Shown piece after piece: positions 46,502 to 54,807 of a stretch of 64,000 bases of DNA (position 1 is the first letter of the stretch; the number at the start of each line of letters is the position of its first letter). Origin of the DNA: an uncultured Chloroflexia bacterium (GTDB taxonomy: Bacteria > Chloroflexota > Limnocylindria > Limnocylindrales > CSP1-4); contig CAVUSI010000001.1 in NCBI GenBank assembly GCA_963744115.1, positions 48,718-112,717 on the forward strand, written 5' to 3'. The position numbers were made by a program, and so were the translations under genes. The notes beneath the pieces were generated by a model. It was not told the DNA's origin. It did no database searches and worked only from the letters and a program-made list of their open reading frames with translations.

Positions 46502-48655
46502 TCAGCGCTTGAGGTTCACCCGCTCGCCCCGGTACGTGCCGCGAACCGACCGCACGCCGTCCGCATCGTCGAAGTAGCTCAGCCGGTTGCCACCGCCGAG
46601 TCGGACCGCCAGGCGGAAGGTGCCGGCGTCGTCGTCGATCTTGCCCGAACCCGTCATCGGTGCGCCTCGGGTGAAGACGCAACGGTCGAGCTTCAGCGCC
46701 GTCCCGCCGGAGACCGGCGTGTAGGTCAGTGTCCCGCCGAGGTTGCAGCCCATCGTGATCGGATCCTCATCGACCCGGTACGTGTAGTCGTCCGTGTTGG
46801 TGATCTGCGACTCCATCGCGGTCATCAACGCCAGGGCATCGCGGTAATCGGCCGCGCGCGGCTTCGCGTTCGGCACGTAGGGGTCGATCACGTCGTTGGG
46901 GCAGGTCGTCACCCGTGTCGCCGGCAGCGTGCCCGACACCAGGTAGTCGGTGATCGGCTTGTCCGGGCAGGCGTCGCCTCGCCCGAAGATCACGTGATCG
47001 CCGCCGAGCGCCTCGAACAGGTAGGCGTTCGGGAGCCGTCCATACAGGCGCATCGCGTTCGCGATCGGGGTGGCGACGTCGGCCGTGGCGGTCAAGATGA
47101 ACGTCGGGTAGGGCGGGTCGGCGATCGCCTTCGGTCGCGGATCGGTCTTCGGCTGCGCCGGCCAGTACACGCACGGCATGTCTCCGTAGAAGGTCGAGCC
47201 CAGCCGGAGGTCGTTGATCCCCGCCTTCGCTCCCTCGTCCATCCAGGCGGCCGCTCGTGCGTCGGGCGTCCCGCCGTCGAGGTAGAACGCGTAGTCCTGG
47301 CACTCGGTCGAGTAGTACATGGCATCGCTGTAGGTCGGGTCGGGGATCGCCTGGAGCGTCTCCGGGTCGAGGACGATGCTGTCGTACGCGGCACGGGCCA
47401 TGGGGACGTAGTCGCCATGCGACGCAGCGGCGAGGTCGCGCAGGAACTGGGAGCGGTCGTCCGGCCCGTAGGCGTACCCGGCGGCGAGGTTGGTGAGGTC
47501 GGTCTGGGTCAGCTGGCGCGTCTCGAACGTGCCCTTGGCCGTCGGGAAGCGAAACGGGATGGGCCCGGTCTTGAGCCTGGCGGCCAGGGCGTCGTAGGTG
47601 GCCAGCGGATCGCCGCCGGCGAAGCCGGCACGGCACGACGCATCGGCCCTGCACGCCGTCAACGTCTCGAGAAGGACGTCATCGAAGGCCCGGGCACCTT
47701 CCTTGTAGTACGCGATCGCGTCCGGGACCAGGTCGACGGGGCCGTCGATGAACAGGGCCTTCACGCGGTCCGGATGCGCCGCGGCGTAGGTCTGCACGTA
47801 CTGGGTGCCGTAGCTCTCCCCGTACAGCATCATCTGGTCGACCCCGAGATAGTCGCGGAACGCCTCCAGGTCCTCGACCGCGTTCGTCGTGGCGTAGTAC
47901 GGGAGATCGGCCACGTCGGCCTTCGACTCGGTCATGCAGTCCGCGACGTACTTCTTGGCTGCGGCGGCCGCGGCGTCCTGCTGGGCCGGGTCGCCGGGGT
48001 CGGCGGTGCTCGAGTAGTAGACCCCGGTCGCGGACGGGCACTGGATCGGGTGCGACAGGCCGACGCCGCGCTGGTCCATGAACACGAGGTCGTAGTGCTC
48101 GGCGAGCTTCGGATCGAAGGCGTCGGTGTACGGATCGGCGGCCGCCAGCCCGCTGTATCCGGGCCCGCCGGTGATCGTCACGAAGGTCCCGAGCTTGGTG
48201 CCGGTCGCCCGGTGGATCGCGTAGGTGATGTCCCAGGTCGGGCCGCTCGGATCGGCGTGGTCGCGCGGTACGGCGAGGGTGATGCAGTCGAACTTGCTCT
48301 TCGGGCACGCCTCCTTCTTGACGAAGGTGTAGACGACCTTGGCGCCGCCGGCCGTCGGCGACGAGGACGGACCCGGGGCACCGGATGCAGCCGGGCTCGT
48401 CGCCGGGGTCGAAAGGCCGGGCGAGCTCGATCCGCCCGGAGCCTCGGCCGATGGAGATGCATCGGCCGACGGCGCGACGCCCGCCGAGGCGGCGGTAGAC
48501 GAGACGGGGACCGGCGAGCCCGAAGCAGCCGGCAGCTGGCCCGGGACGTGGGTGAACCCCGGCGCCGTCGAGCCGCAAGCCGCCACCAGGGTCGCCGCCA
48601 GGAACGCCCAGAGGGCACGTCTCGGAGTCCGAAGCATCGGTCGACGGGTCGGCAC
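46502..48655 (-). CDS. secreted alpha/beta-hydrolase lipoprotein, tripeptidyl aminopeptidase (S33 TAP)-like
   Basis: Lipobox LVAAC, nucleophile elbow GESYGTQY, C-terminal TAP-like region with CVYWP. Confidence 0.85.
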   Translation of the reverse strand: MPTRRPMLRTPRRALWAFLAATLVAACGSTAPGFTHVPGQLPAASGSPVPVSSTAASAGVAPSADASPSAEAPGGSSSPGLSTPATSPAASGAPGPSSSPTAGGAKVVYTFVKKEACPKSKFDCITLAVPRDHADPSGPTWDITYAIHRATGTKLGTFVTITGGPGYSGLAAADPYTDAFDPKLAEHYDLVFMDQRGVGLSHPIQCPSATGVYYSSTADPGDPAQQDAAAAAAKKYVADCMTESKADVADLPYYATTNAVEDLEAFRDYLGVDQMMLYGESYGTQYVQTYAAAHPDRVKALFIDGPVDLVPDAIAYYKEGARAFDDVLLETLTACRADASCRAGFAGGDPLATYDALAARLKTGPIPFRFPTAKGTFETRQLTQTDLTNLAAGYAYGPDDRSQFLRDLAAASHGDYVPMARAAYDSIVLDPETLQAIPDPTYSDAMYYSTECQDYAFYLDGGTPDARAAAWMDEGAKAGINDLRLGSTFYGDMPCVYWPAQPKTDPRPKAIADPPYPTFILTATADVATPIANAMRLYGRLPNAYLFEALGGDHVIFGRGDACPDKPITDYLVSGTLPATRVTTCPNDVIDPYVPNAKPRAADYRDALALMTAMESQITNTDDYTYRVDEDPITMGCNLGGTLTYTPVSGGTALKLDRCVFTRGAPMTGSGKIDDDAGTFRLAVRLGGGNRLSYFDDADGVRSVRGTYRGERVNLKR

Positions 48656-48662
48656 GCCCGCC

Positions 48663-48668
48663 AGATTA
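48663..48668 (-). promoter_or_regulatory. -10-like box TAATCT, 7 nt upstream of the GTG at 48655
   Basis: The minus strand reads TAATCT-ggcgggc-GTG. Confidence 0.4.
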
Positions 48669-48715
48669 CCGAACGAGGTCGATCCGGCAAGAGGCGGACG
48701 CGGCCGACGGGACGT

Positions 48716-49105
48716 TCAGTCCCGGTTGCGCATCGCTTCGGCGGCCATCTCGAAGTAGGCGTCGAGCTTCGCCGAGATCGGTGGCGCCGGGTCGAGCGCC
48801 GCGAGGACGTGACGCATGTGACCGAGCCAGGCGTCCCGCTCAATCGGGCCGATGGCGAACGGGGCATGCCGCATCCGCAGACGCGGGTGGCCGCGCTCCG
48901 CGTCGTAGGTCGTCGGTCCACCCCAGTACTGGGCCAGGAACAGGGTCAGGCGGTGGCGGGCCAGGGGCAGGCCCTCATCCGTCTCGGGGTACAGCGGACG
49001 AAGGACGGGGTCGTCGGCGACCCGATCGTAGAAGCCGTCGACGAGGGCGACGAAGAAGGGCATCCCGCCGACGGACGCGAACAGCGTCCCTTCGTCCGAC
49101 GTCAG
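48716..49105 (-). CDS. glbO: group II truncated hemoglobin (trHbO)
   Basis: LFASVGGMPFFVALVDGFYDRVADDPVLRPLYPE...LFLAQYWGGPTTYDAERGHPRLRMRHAPF. The only canonical in-frame start near the domain is ATG 49063, which cuts off the conserved N-terminal helix. A CTG at 49105 overlaps the guaB3 stop (CTGA). Confidence 0.85.
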   Translation of the reverse strand: MTSDEGTLFASVGGMPFFVALVDGFYDRVADDPVLRPLYPETDEGLPLARHRLTLFLAQYWGGPTTYDAERGHPRLRMRHAPFAIGPIERDAWLGHMRHVLAALDPAPPISAKLDAYFEMAAEAMRNRD

Positions 49106-50337
49106 CGGGTCTTCTGCCAGGACTTGCCCTCGGTCTGGACCGACGGCGCGTAGACCATCTCGACGGATTGCATCTCGCGGATCGTCCGGGCGCCGAGTGC
49201 TGCCATCGACTGCCGGAGCGCCCCGACGAGGTTCTCGGAGCCGTCGGTCACGTGGGCCGGACCGAACAGGATCCGCTCGAGCGAGCCGACGGTCCCGACC
49301 TTGATCCGCGTCCCTCGAGGGAGCGTCGGCGACGGAGCGGCCATGCCCCAGTTCGTGCCCCGACCGGGGGCTTCCGCGGCACGGGCGAGCGGTGAACCGA
49401 TCATGAGGACATCGGCGCCGGCAGCGATCGCCTTCGCGAGCTCGCCACCCCGGCGCATCCCGCCGTCGGCGACGACGGGAACGTAGCGACCGGACTCCGC
49501 GAGGTAGGCGTCTCGGGCGGCGGCGACGTCGCTGATCGCGGTCACCTGGGGAACCCCGATCCCGAGGACCTCCCGGGTGGTACACGCCGCCCCGGGGCCG
49601 ACGCCGACGAAGACCGCCGCAGCACCCTGCTCCATGAGTGCGAAGGCGGCCTCGGCGTTCGTGGTGTTGCCGACCGCGACCGGGATCGGCATGAACCGGG
49701 TGAAATCGTCGAGCGACAGCGGGTCGTAGCCGGTGGCGAGATGCCGGGCGCTCGATACCTGGCTCTGGACGAGGAACAGGTCCGCACCGTGCTCGGCGCA
49801 GAACGGCCCGAACCGGCGGGCGGCCCCCGGCGTGGCGGCGACCGCGACCTTCGACCCCGCCGCATGGATCTCCTCGATCCGCTGGGCGATGAGCTCATCG
49901 CGGATCGGCACGGCGTAGACCTCGGCGAGGAGGTCCTGCACCTCGGCGTCGGGCGCCAGGGCGATCCGCTCGAGGACGGCATCGGGGTCGTCGAACCGGG
50001 CCTGGACCCCCTCGAGGTTGAGCACCGCGAGACCGCCGAGCCGCCCGAGCGCGCCGGCGAACCGGGCGTCGACCACGGCATCCATCGCCGAGGCCAGGAT
50101 CGGGATCGCGAGGTCGAGGCCGCAGAACGTCTGAGCGACGTCGACGTCGTCCGGCTCGACCGTGCTCGTGCCGGGCGCCAGGCTGACGTCCTCGAAGCCG
50201 TACGTCGGCCGGATCGTGTCGACCTTCGAGTGGAAGACGCGCCGCTGGGCGGCGTCCGACATCGGTGCGATGGGGGTGGTGGTGGGTGCGTCGGTCCTGT
50301 CGAGCAATCTGGCCTCCGAGAGTGCGCGGGCCGCCAT
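49102..50337 (-). CDS. guaB3: GuaB3-type IMP dehydrogenase-family protein (no CBS insert)
   Basis: FEDVSLAPGTS, ILASAMDAV, VGVGPGAACTTREVLGIGVPQ, VADGGMRRGGELAKAIAAGAD. Confidence 0.85.
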   Translation of the reverse strand: MAARALSEARLLDRTDAPTTTPIAPMSDAAQRRVFHSKVDTIRPTYGFEDVSLAPGTSTVEPDDVDVAQTFCGLDLAIPILASAMDAVVDARFAGALGRLGGLAVLNLEGVQARFDDPDAVLERIALAPDAEVQDLLAEVYAVPIRDELIAQRIEEIHAAGSKVAVAATPGAARRFGPFCAEHGADLFLVQSQVSSARHLATGYDPLSLDDFTRFMPIPVAVGNTTNAEAAFALMEQGAAAVFVGVGPGAACTTREVLGIGVPQVTAISDVAAARDAYLAESGRYVPVVADGGMRRGGELAKAIAAGADVLMIGSPLARAAEAPGRGTNWGMAAPSPTLPRGTRIKVGTVGSLERILFGPAHVTDGSENLVGALRQSMAALGARTIREMQSVEMVYAPSVQTEGKSWQKTR

Positions 50338-50363
50338 CCGCGGGCCGGGGCAGGTTGCGGGTC

Positions 50364-50369
50364 AGTCTA
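50364..50369 (-). promoter_or_regulatory. -10-like box TAGACT, 26 nt upstream of the guaB3 ATG
   Basis: The minus strand reads ggTAGACTgac. The same GGTAGACTG core occurs upstream of guaA. Confidence 0.35.
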
Positions 50370-50415
50370 CCATCCGCGACCCTCGCGGCCGGCCGAGCGC
50401 CCGTCGGAAGCTCGG

Positions 50416-50455
50416 CCTCGGACGCGCGTACCGTGCCTCGGACGCGCGTACCGTG
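50416..50455. repeat. perfect 20-bp direct tandem repeat (two copies) in the guaB3 upstream region, each copy carrying the palindrome ACGCGCGT
   Basis: cctcggacgcgcgtaccgtg at 50416-50435 and again at 50436-50455. Intergenic, between the NUDIX stop (50473) and the guaB3 start (50337). Confidence 0.85.
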
Positions 50456-50472
50456 GCGATCGAGGCGGAGGG

Positions 50473-50961
50473 TCAGCCCCGGACGCGCCTCCCGTCGGGA
50501 TCGAGCCGGAACCACGGTTCGCGATCCTGGTCGAGGAGGTCCCGTTCGATGATCGTCAGCGCATCGTGGTAGCCCGGCCAGACGATCATCGCATGAGCTT
50601 CACCGGGGGCCCGCCATCGGCAGGCGTCGTGCTCCTCCGACAGGACCGGTTCGGCGGCCGGGGCCACCCGGACCGCGAACACGGCCGCGCTGACGATCGC
50701 ATCCGCCGGCGACCAGTGGAACTGGTTGACGAGATCGAGGTCGTAGAACGCCTCGATCGCGGGGCCCGCGAAGCCGGTCTCCTCCTTGAGCTCGCGGAGT
50801 GCGCCGGCCGTGACCCGCTCGCCATCCTCGAGCGACCCGGACACCCCCTGCCAGAGGCCAGCCAGGATCCGGCCGGGCGACCGACGCATCAGCAGGATCT
50901 CAAGCTCGCCCGGCCCGGGCAGCCGGAAGACCCAGACGTCGACGAGATCGGGACGGTACAT
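50473..50961 (-). CDS. NUDIX hydrolase
   Basis: From ATG 50961. Nudix box GSLEDGERVTAGALRELKEETGF. Confidence 0.85.
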   Translation of the reverse strand: MYRPDLVDVWVFRLPGPGELEILLMRRSPGRILAGLWQGVSGSLEDGERVTAGALRELKEETGFAGPAIEAFYDLDLVNQFHWSPADAIVSAAVFAVRVAPAAEPVLSEEHDACRWRAPGEAHAMIVWPGYHDALTIIERDLLDQDREPWFRLDPDGRRVRG

Positions 50962-51010
50962 CGTCAGGCGACGGCCGGGCGCGCCGGCTTCGACTCCACC
51001 TCGGGCGGTG

Positions 51011-51340
51011 CTAGAGCCGCTCGAGGCGTTCGACCGGCAGGACGAAGACCGTCGCTCCGCCGACCTCGACCTCGAGCGGATAGGGCATGAAGAACTCGCC
51101 AGGCTCCATGATCGGCGGCATCGGATTGACGATCTGCGTCCGAGCCGTGCAGTTCGTCCGGACGATCCCGAGGATCTCCTCGACCTTGTCGTCCTCGACG
51201 CCGACGAGGATCGTGGCGTTCGACTGCTTGAGGAAGCCCCCGGACGAGTGAAGGCGCGTCGCTCGGTGCTCGCCCTCGAGGAGGGCATCGACGAGGGCGC
51301 CGGCATCCTCGTTGTGGACGATGGCGACGACGAGCTTCAT
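51011..51340 (-). CDS. darA: PII-like cyclic-di-AMP receptor (DarA/PstA, DUF970)
   Basis: 109 aa from ATG 51340. MKLVVAIVHNEDAGALVDALLEGEHRATRLHSSGGFLKQSNATILVGVED...PYPLEVEVGGATVFVLPVE is colinear with Bacillus DarA as I remember it. Confidence 0.85.
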   Translation of the reverse strand: MKLVVAIVHNEDAGALVDALLEGEHRATRLHSSGGFLKQSNATILVGVEDDKVEEILGIVRTNCTARTQIVNPMPPIMEPGEFFMPYPLEVEVGGATVFVLPVERLERL

Positions 51341-51347
51341 CGGGCGG

Positions 51348-51353
51348 AGTATA
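51348..51353 (-). promoter_or_regulatory. -10-like box TATACT, 7 nt upstream of the darA ATG
   Basis: The minus strand reads TATACT-ccgcccg-ATG. Confidence 0.45.
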
Positions 51354-51365
51354 GGGTGCGCCGTC

Positions 51366-51382
51366 GGCCTCGCATCGAGGCC
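51366..51382. promoter_or_regulatory. perfect 7-bp inverted repeat GGCCTCG-cat-CGAGGCC between the divergent darA and GGDEF genes
   Basis: Read directly at 51366-51382. Lies in the 95-bp divergent intergenic region. Confidence 0.4.
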
Positions 51383-51435
51383 CGGGTGGCGTAGCATGCG
51401 GTCCTCACCGCTCCACCCCGGAGGACACCCGCGCG

Positions 51436-52416
51436 ATGGACGTCTCCACGGACCTGCTGACCCAGGGCGCCGCTGCCCTGGCGGCGACCGACGATCTCGA
51501 TGCCGGCGTCGCCCGCCTGCTCGGGATCCTGGCCGGTGCGCTCGATGCGTCGTTCGCCGCGGTCACGCTCCAGGACCCCGACCGGGCCGACCTCCAGGTC
51601 GCCGTCACGGTCGGCGGCGACGAGGAGACGCGGGCGACATTCGAGGCCGAAGTCGCCAGGTCCGACGGCTCCGTCGCGCTGACCGCCGCCGACCGGACGC
51701 CGAGGATGGGCGAGGGCAGCGTCGACGTCCCGCTCGTCGTGACCCGGGGCGGCATCGACCAGCTCGTCGGCGTCCTGTCGCTCGTCCGGGCCCCCGACGT
51801 CGCGGCGACCGACGAGGAGCGGGCGATCGTCCCGGCCTTCGCCGATCTCATCGCGGTGGCCGTGGACCGGGCCCGTGTCTCGTCCCTGCTCGTCGAACGA
51901 TCCGAGTGGTTCGAGCGGGTCGCGCACACCGATCCGCTGACCGGGCTCGCCAACGAGCGCACCTTCGGGCGGATCCTCGAGCTGGAGCTCGCCCGCGCCG
52001 GTCGCCAGGGCGGCGAGGTCTCGCTGGCGGTCTTCGACGTCGACGACCTCGGCGCGACCAACGAGACGTCCGGTCACGGGGCCGGCGACGACGTCCTGCG
52101 ATCGGTCGCCGCCGTGCTCGCCGAGTCGGTCCGGCTGGTCGACACGGTCGCCCGCGTCGGCGGAGACGAATTCGTGCTCGTGGCACCCGGCTCGGCGGGG
52201 ATGACCGTAGCCCAGCGCGTCCTGGACGGGATCGCGGCCCTCCCGGCTGGGACGACCGGCAAGAGCATCACGGTCTCGGCGGGCGTGGCCCGCTTCCCGA
52301 TCGACGGCGGCACGGCCGAGGACCTGCGCGCGGCGGCGGACGCCGCACTGGCGGCCGCCAGGGCGTCCGGTCGAGGCGGCCTCGCCGCTCCACCGCTCGC
52401 CGCCACCGAGGGCTGA
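51436..52416 (+). CDS. GAF-GGDEF diguanylate cyclase with I-site
   Basis: HTDPLTGLANER, RVGGDEFVLV (active GGDEF), RLVD five residues upstream (RxxD I-site). GAF-like N-terminal half. Confidence 0.9.
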   Translation: MDVSTDLLTQGAAALAATDDLDAGVARLLGILAGALDASFAAVTLQDPDRADLQVAVTVGGDEETRATFEAEVARSDGSVALTAADRTPRMGEGSVDVPLVVTRGGIDQLVGVLSLVRAPDVAATDEERAIVPAFADLIAVAVDRARVSSLLVERSEWFERVAHTDPLTGLANERTFGRILELELARAGRQGGEVSLAVFDVDDLGATNETSGHGAGDDVLRSVAAVLAESVRLVDTVARVGGDEFVLVAPGSAGMTVAQRVLDGIAALPAGTTGKSITVSAGVARFPIDGGTAEDLRAAADAALAAARASGRGGLAAPPLAATEG

Positions 52417-52449
52417 TCCGGAGGAGGGAATCGGCCGGAGCCCGGTGGT

Positions 52450-52469
52450 GGCGCCGGAAGTCGGGCGCC
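52450..52469. terminator. GC stem-loop (GGCGCC, 8-nt loop, GGCGCC) between the convergent GGDEF and rskA genes
   Basis: ggcgcc ggaagtcg ggcgcc. Only a 6-bp stem and no U-tract, so weak. Confidence 0.3.
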
Positions 52470-52473
52470 GATG

Positions 52474-53388
52474 CTAGGTCGTGCCGGACGCGACCCCGCT
52501 CGAGAGGACCGGCGGCGTGGGCGTGGTCCGACCGGCCGTCGGTTCACGCGTGAGGGCGATCGTCACGCCCGGGCCCGTCGGGGCACGCTCGGCCGCCATC
52601 GTCCCGAACCCGCCGGCGTCGGGCACGAACGAGCCGATCGCGACCGGCGTCTTGTCCGCCCCGATGACCCACGCTTCATAGACCTCGGTGCCGGCGGTCG
52701 GCGCCAGTCCGCGCATGGCGATCCGGACCGTCCCATCGGCGTCGACGGCCGCGATCCCGGACGGCCCGCCCGGCTGCGCCGGGGCAAGGATCGCCGCCTG
52801 ACCTCCGGCCGTCCCCGCCAGCGCGAGGACCCGATCGACCGCCGCCGCGTACGCCTGCGCGCCGTCGAGATCGCTGCGGAGTGAGACGTTCCAGGCGGCC
52901 AGTCCGACGATGAGCAGGACGGCCGCGATCGACGCCACCCAGACCAGCGGCGAGCGCCGGCGTGTCCGCTCGGCGTCCAGCGAGACGACGGGCGGCACGG
53001 CCGCGGGGACCGACACGGCCGCGGGGAGAGGCACGGTCGTCGGAGCCGGGCCGGCGGATGCCGGTTCCGGCTCTCCCGCCGCCGCGAGCGCCTCCGACGG
53101 ACCCGAGCCGACCGCCGATGCCGACGCCTGAGCGGATGCCTCGGCGGCGACGGCCGCCAGCATCCGTCCGCGAAGGGCGGCCGGCGGTGCGATCGGCTCG
53201 AGTGAGTCGGCGAGGTACGGGACCACGCCGCCGAGCTCAGAGAACTCGAGATGGGCCTCCTGGCAGCTGGCCAGGTGCTCGCGCACCGCGGTCATGTCGG
53301 CCGGATCGAGCGCTCCGAGCACGTACCCTGGAGCCAAGTCGCGGACCTCGTCGCAGGTCAGGGACATCGCGGCCGGTCGGTCGGTCAT
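52474..53388 (-). CDS. rskA: anti-sigma-K factor RskA-like (zf-HC2 + TM + RskA domain)
   Basis: From ATG 53388 (ATGA overlap with the sigma stop). HLASCQEAHLEF, TM VWVASIAAVLLIVGLAAW, EVYEAWVIGADKTPVAIGSF. Confidence 0.8.
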   Translation of the reverse strand: MTDRPAAMSLTCDEVRDLAPGYVLGALDPADMTAVREHLASCQEAHLEFSELGGVVPYLADSLEPIAPPAALRGRMLAAVAAEASAQASASAVGSGPSEALAAAGEPEPASAGPAPTTVPLPAAVSVPAAVPPVVSLDAERTRRRSPLVWVASIAAVLLIVGLAAWNVSLRSDLDGAQAYAAAVDRVLALAGTAGGQAAILAPAQPGGPSGIAAVDADGTVRIAMRGLAPTAGTEVYEAWVIGADKTPVAIGSFVPDAGGFGTMAAERAPTGPGVTIALTREPTAGRTTPTPPVLSSGVASGTT

Positions 53389-54011
53389 CGCCCGCCCGTC
53401 CCTTCGCCGCCGGCCGGCCCGTCGCCGACCAGGACCTGGCGCAACGACAGCAGCCCCAGGCGCATCCGACTCTTGACGGTGCCCAGCGGCGTCCCGGTGC
53501 GATCGGCGATCTCCTGCTGGGTGAGCCCGCCGAAGTAGCCCAGCTCGAGGGCTTCCCGCTGCACGTCGCTGAGCGTCCGGAGCGCGGCCGTGACCCGGTC
53601 CCGATCGAGCCGCCCGGCCACCTCGGCCCAGACATCTGGCTCGGTCAGCGCTCCGGGCGTCGGACCGGCCTCCGGCTGGGGCAGCTCGGTGGTCGGCCGT
53701 CGTCGTCGCGTCGCATCGATGGCCCGGTTGTGGACGATCGACAGCAGCCAGGTCTTGACGCTGCCACGGCCCTGCTCGTAGCGCGCCGCGTTGCGCCATG
53801 CGCCCACGAACGCGTCCTGGACGACGTCCTCGGCGAGCGAACTGTCGCCCGTGATGCGGTAAGCGAGGGCGAAGGCCATCGCCCCGTATCGGTCGTAGAG
53901 GATCTCGATCTCTCCATACTCGCCCGCCGCGACATGCTCGAGCACGAGCCGGTCCGCATCGTCAGCGGGGCTCGCGACCCGGCCGGGGACGGGGCCCGAC
54001 AGGGCATTCAC
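53385..54011 (-). CDS. sigK: ECF RNA polymerase sigma factor (SigK-like)
   Basis: Region 2: DVVQDAFVGAWRNAARY. Region 4: ALELGYFGGLTQQEIADRTGTPLGTVKSRMRLGL. Confidence 0.85.
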   Translation of the reverse strand: MNALSGPVPGRVASPADDADRLVLEHVAAGEYGEIEILYDRYGAMAFALAYRITGDSSLAEDVVQDAFVGAWRNAARYEQGRGSVKTWLLSIVHNRAIDATRRRRPTTELPQPEAGPTPGALTEPDVWAEVAGRLDRDRVTAALRTLSDVQREALELGYFGGLTQQEIADRTGTPLGTVKSRMRLGLLSLRQVLVGDGPAGGEGTGGR

Positions 54012-54703
54012 GATCGGATGCGCAGCGCGGACCGGCTTGGTTCAGTCCCGCCGTGGAACAGGTCGAGGACGGCCCCGATCGCGGCGTCGACGACGGCGTC
54101 GACGGGAGCGGTGGCGTCGATCGTCCGGAACCGGCTCGGCTCGGCCGAGGCGATCGAGAGGAAGCCGGCTCGGACGCGGCGATGGTACGTCACATCGAAT
54201 CCCGCTTCGAAGCGCGTCTGCTCGTCATCCTGCTTGCGCGCGAGCCCGACCTCGACCGGGAGATCGAGCAGGAGCGTCCGATCGGGTCGAAGGCCAGCGG
54301 TCGCGAACGCCTGGAGGGCGACGACATCGTCGAGCGGTAGCCCGAGGCCGTATCCCTGGTACGCGACACTCGAGTCGGCATAGCGTGCACAGATCACCGT
54401 CTCACCACGGGCCAACGCCGGCTCGATCACCTCGTCGACATGCTGCGCTCGAGCCGCGGCGAACAGGAGCGCATCGGCTCGCGGTGCGAGCGGCGGGTCG
54501 TCCGGAACGTGATCGAGGACCATCGACCGGACCCGGTCGCCGACCGACGTCCCGCCGGGCTCGCGGGTCAACCGGACCTGGATCCCGCGCGCCTCCAGCG
54601 CATCCCGCAATGCGGCTGCGACCAGGGTCTTGCCTCCCCCGTCGGGCCCCTCGATCGTGATGAACCGGCCGCGGAGAGCGGCGGGCGCCACCTGGTCCTG
54701 CAC
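54008..54703 (-). CDS. tmk: dTMP (thymidylate) kinase
   Basis: FITIEGPDGGGKT (P-loop), TREPGGT, DRY-like ARYADSSVAYQG. Confidence 0.9.
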   Translation of the reverse strand: MQDQVAPAALRGRFITIEGPDGGGKTLVAAALRDALEARGIQVRLTREPGGTSVGDRVRSMVLDHVPDDPPLAPRADALLFAAARAQHVDEVIEPALARGETVICARYADSSVAYQGYGLGLPLDDVVALQAFATAGLRPDRTLLLDLPVEVGLARKQDDEQTRFEAGFDVTYHRRVRAGFLSIASAEPSRFRTIDATAPVDAVVDAAIGAVLDLFHGGTEPSRSALRIRS

Positions 54704-54709
54704 CGGGCG

Positions 54710-54715
54710 AGTGTA
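54710..54715 (-). promoter_or_regulatory. -10-like box TACACT, 6 nt upstream of the tmk GTG
   Basis: The minus strand reads TACACT-cgcccg-GTG. Confidence 0.4.
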
Positions 54716-54798
54716 CCCAGCCGCTCCGATTCATCCATCCCCGGAGTGGCAACGTACGCCTGTCGAATGCTCCGGACACCCCCGATCCCGCCCTCGCC

Positions 54799-54804
54799 TA
54801 CGAT
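54799..54804 (+). promoter_or_regulatory. -10-like box TACGAT, 6 nt upstream of ATG 54811 (NicO transporter)
   Basis: TACGAT-gccgtg-ATG. Confidence 0.35.
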
Positions 54805-54807
54805 GCC

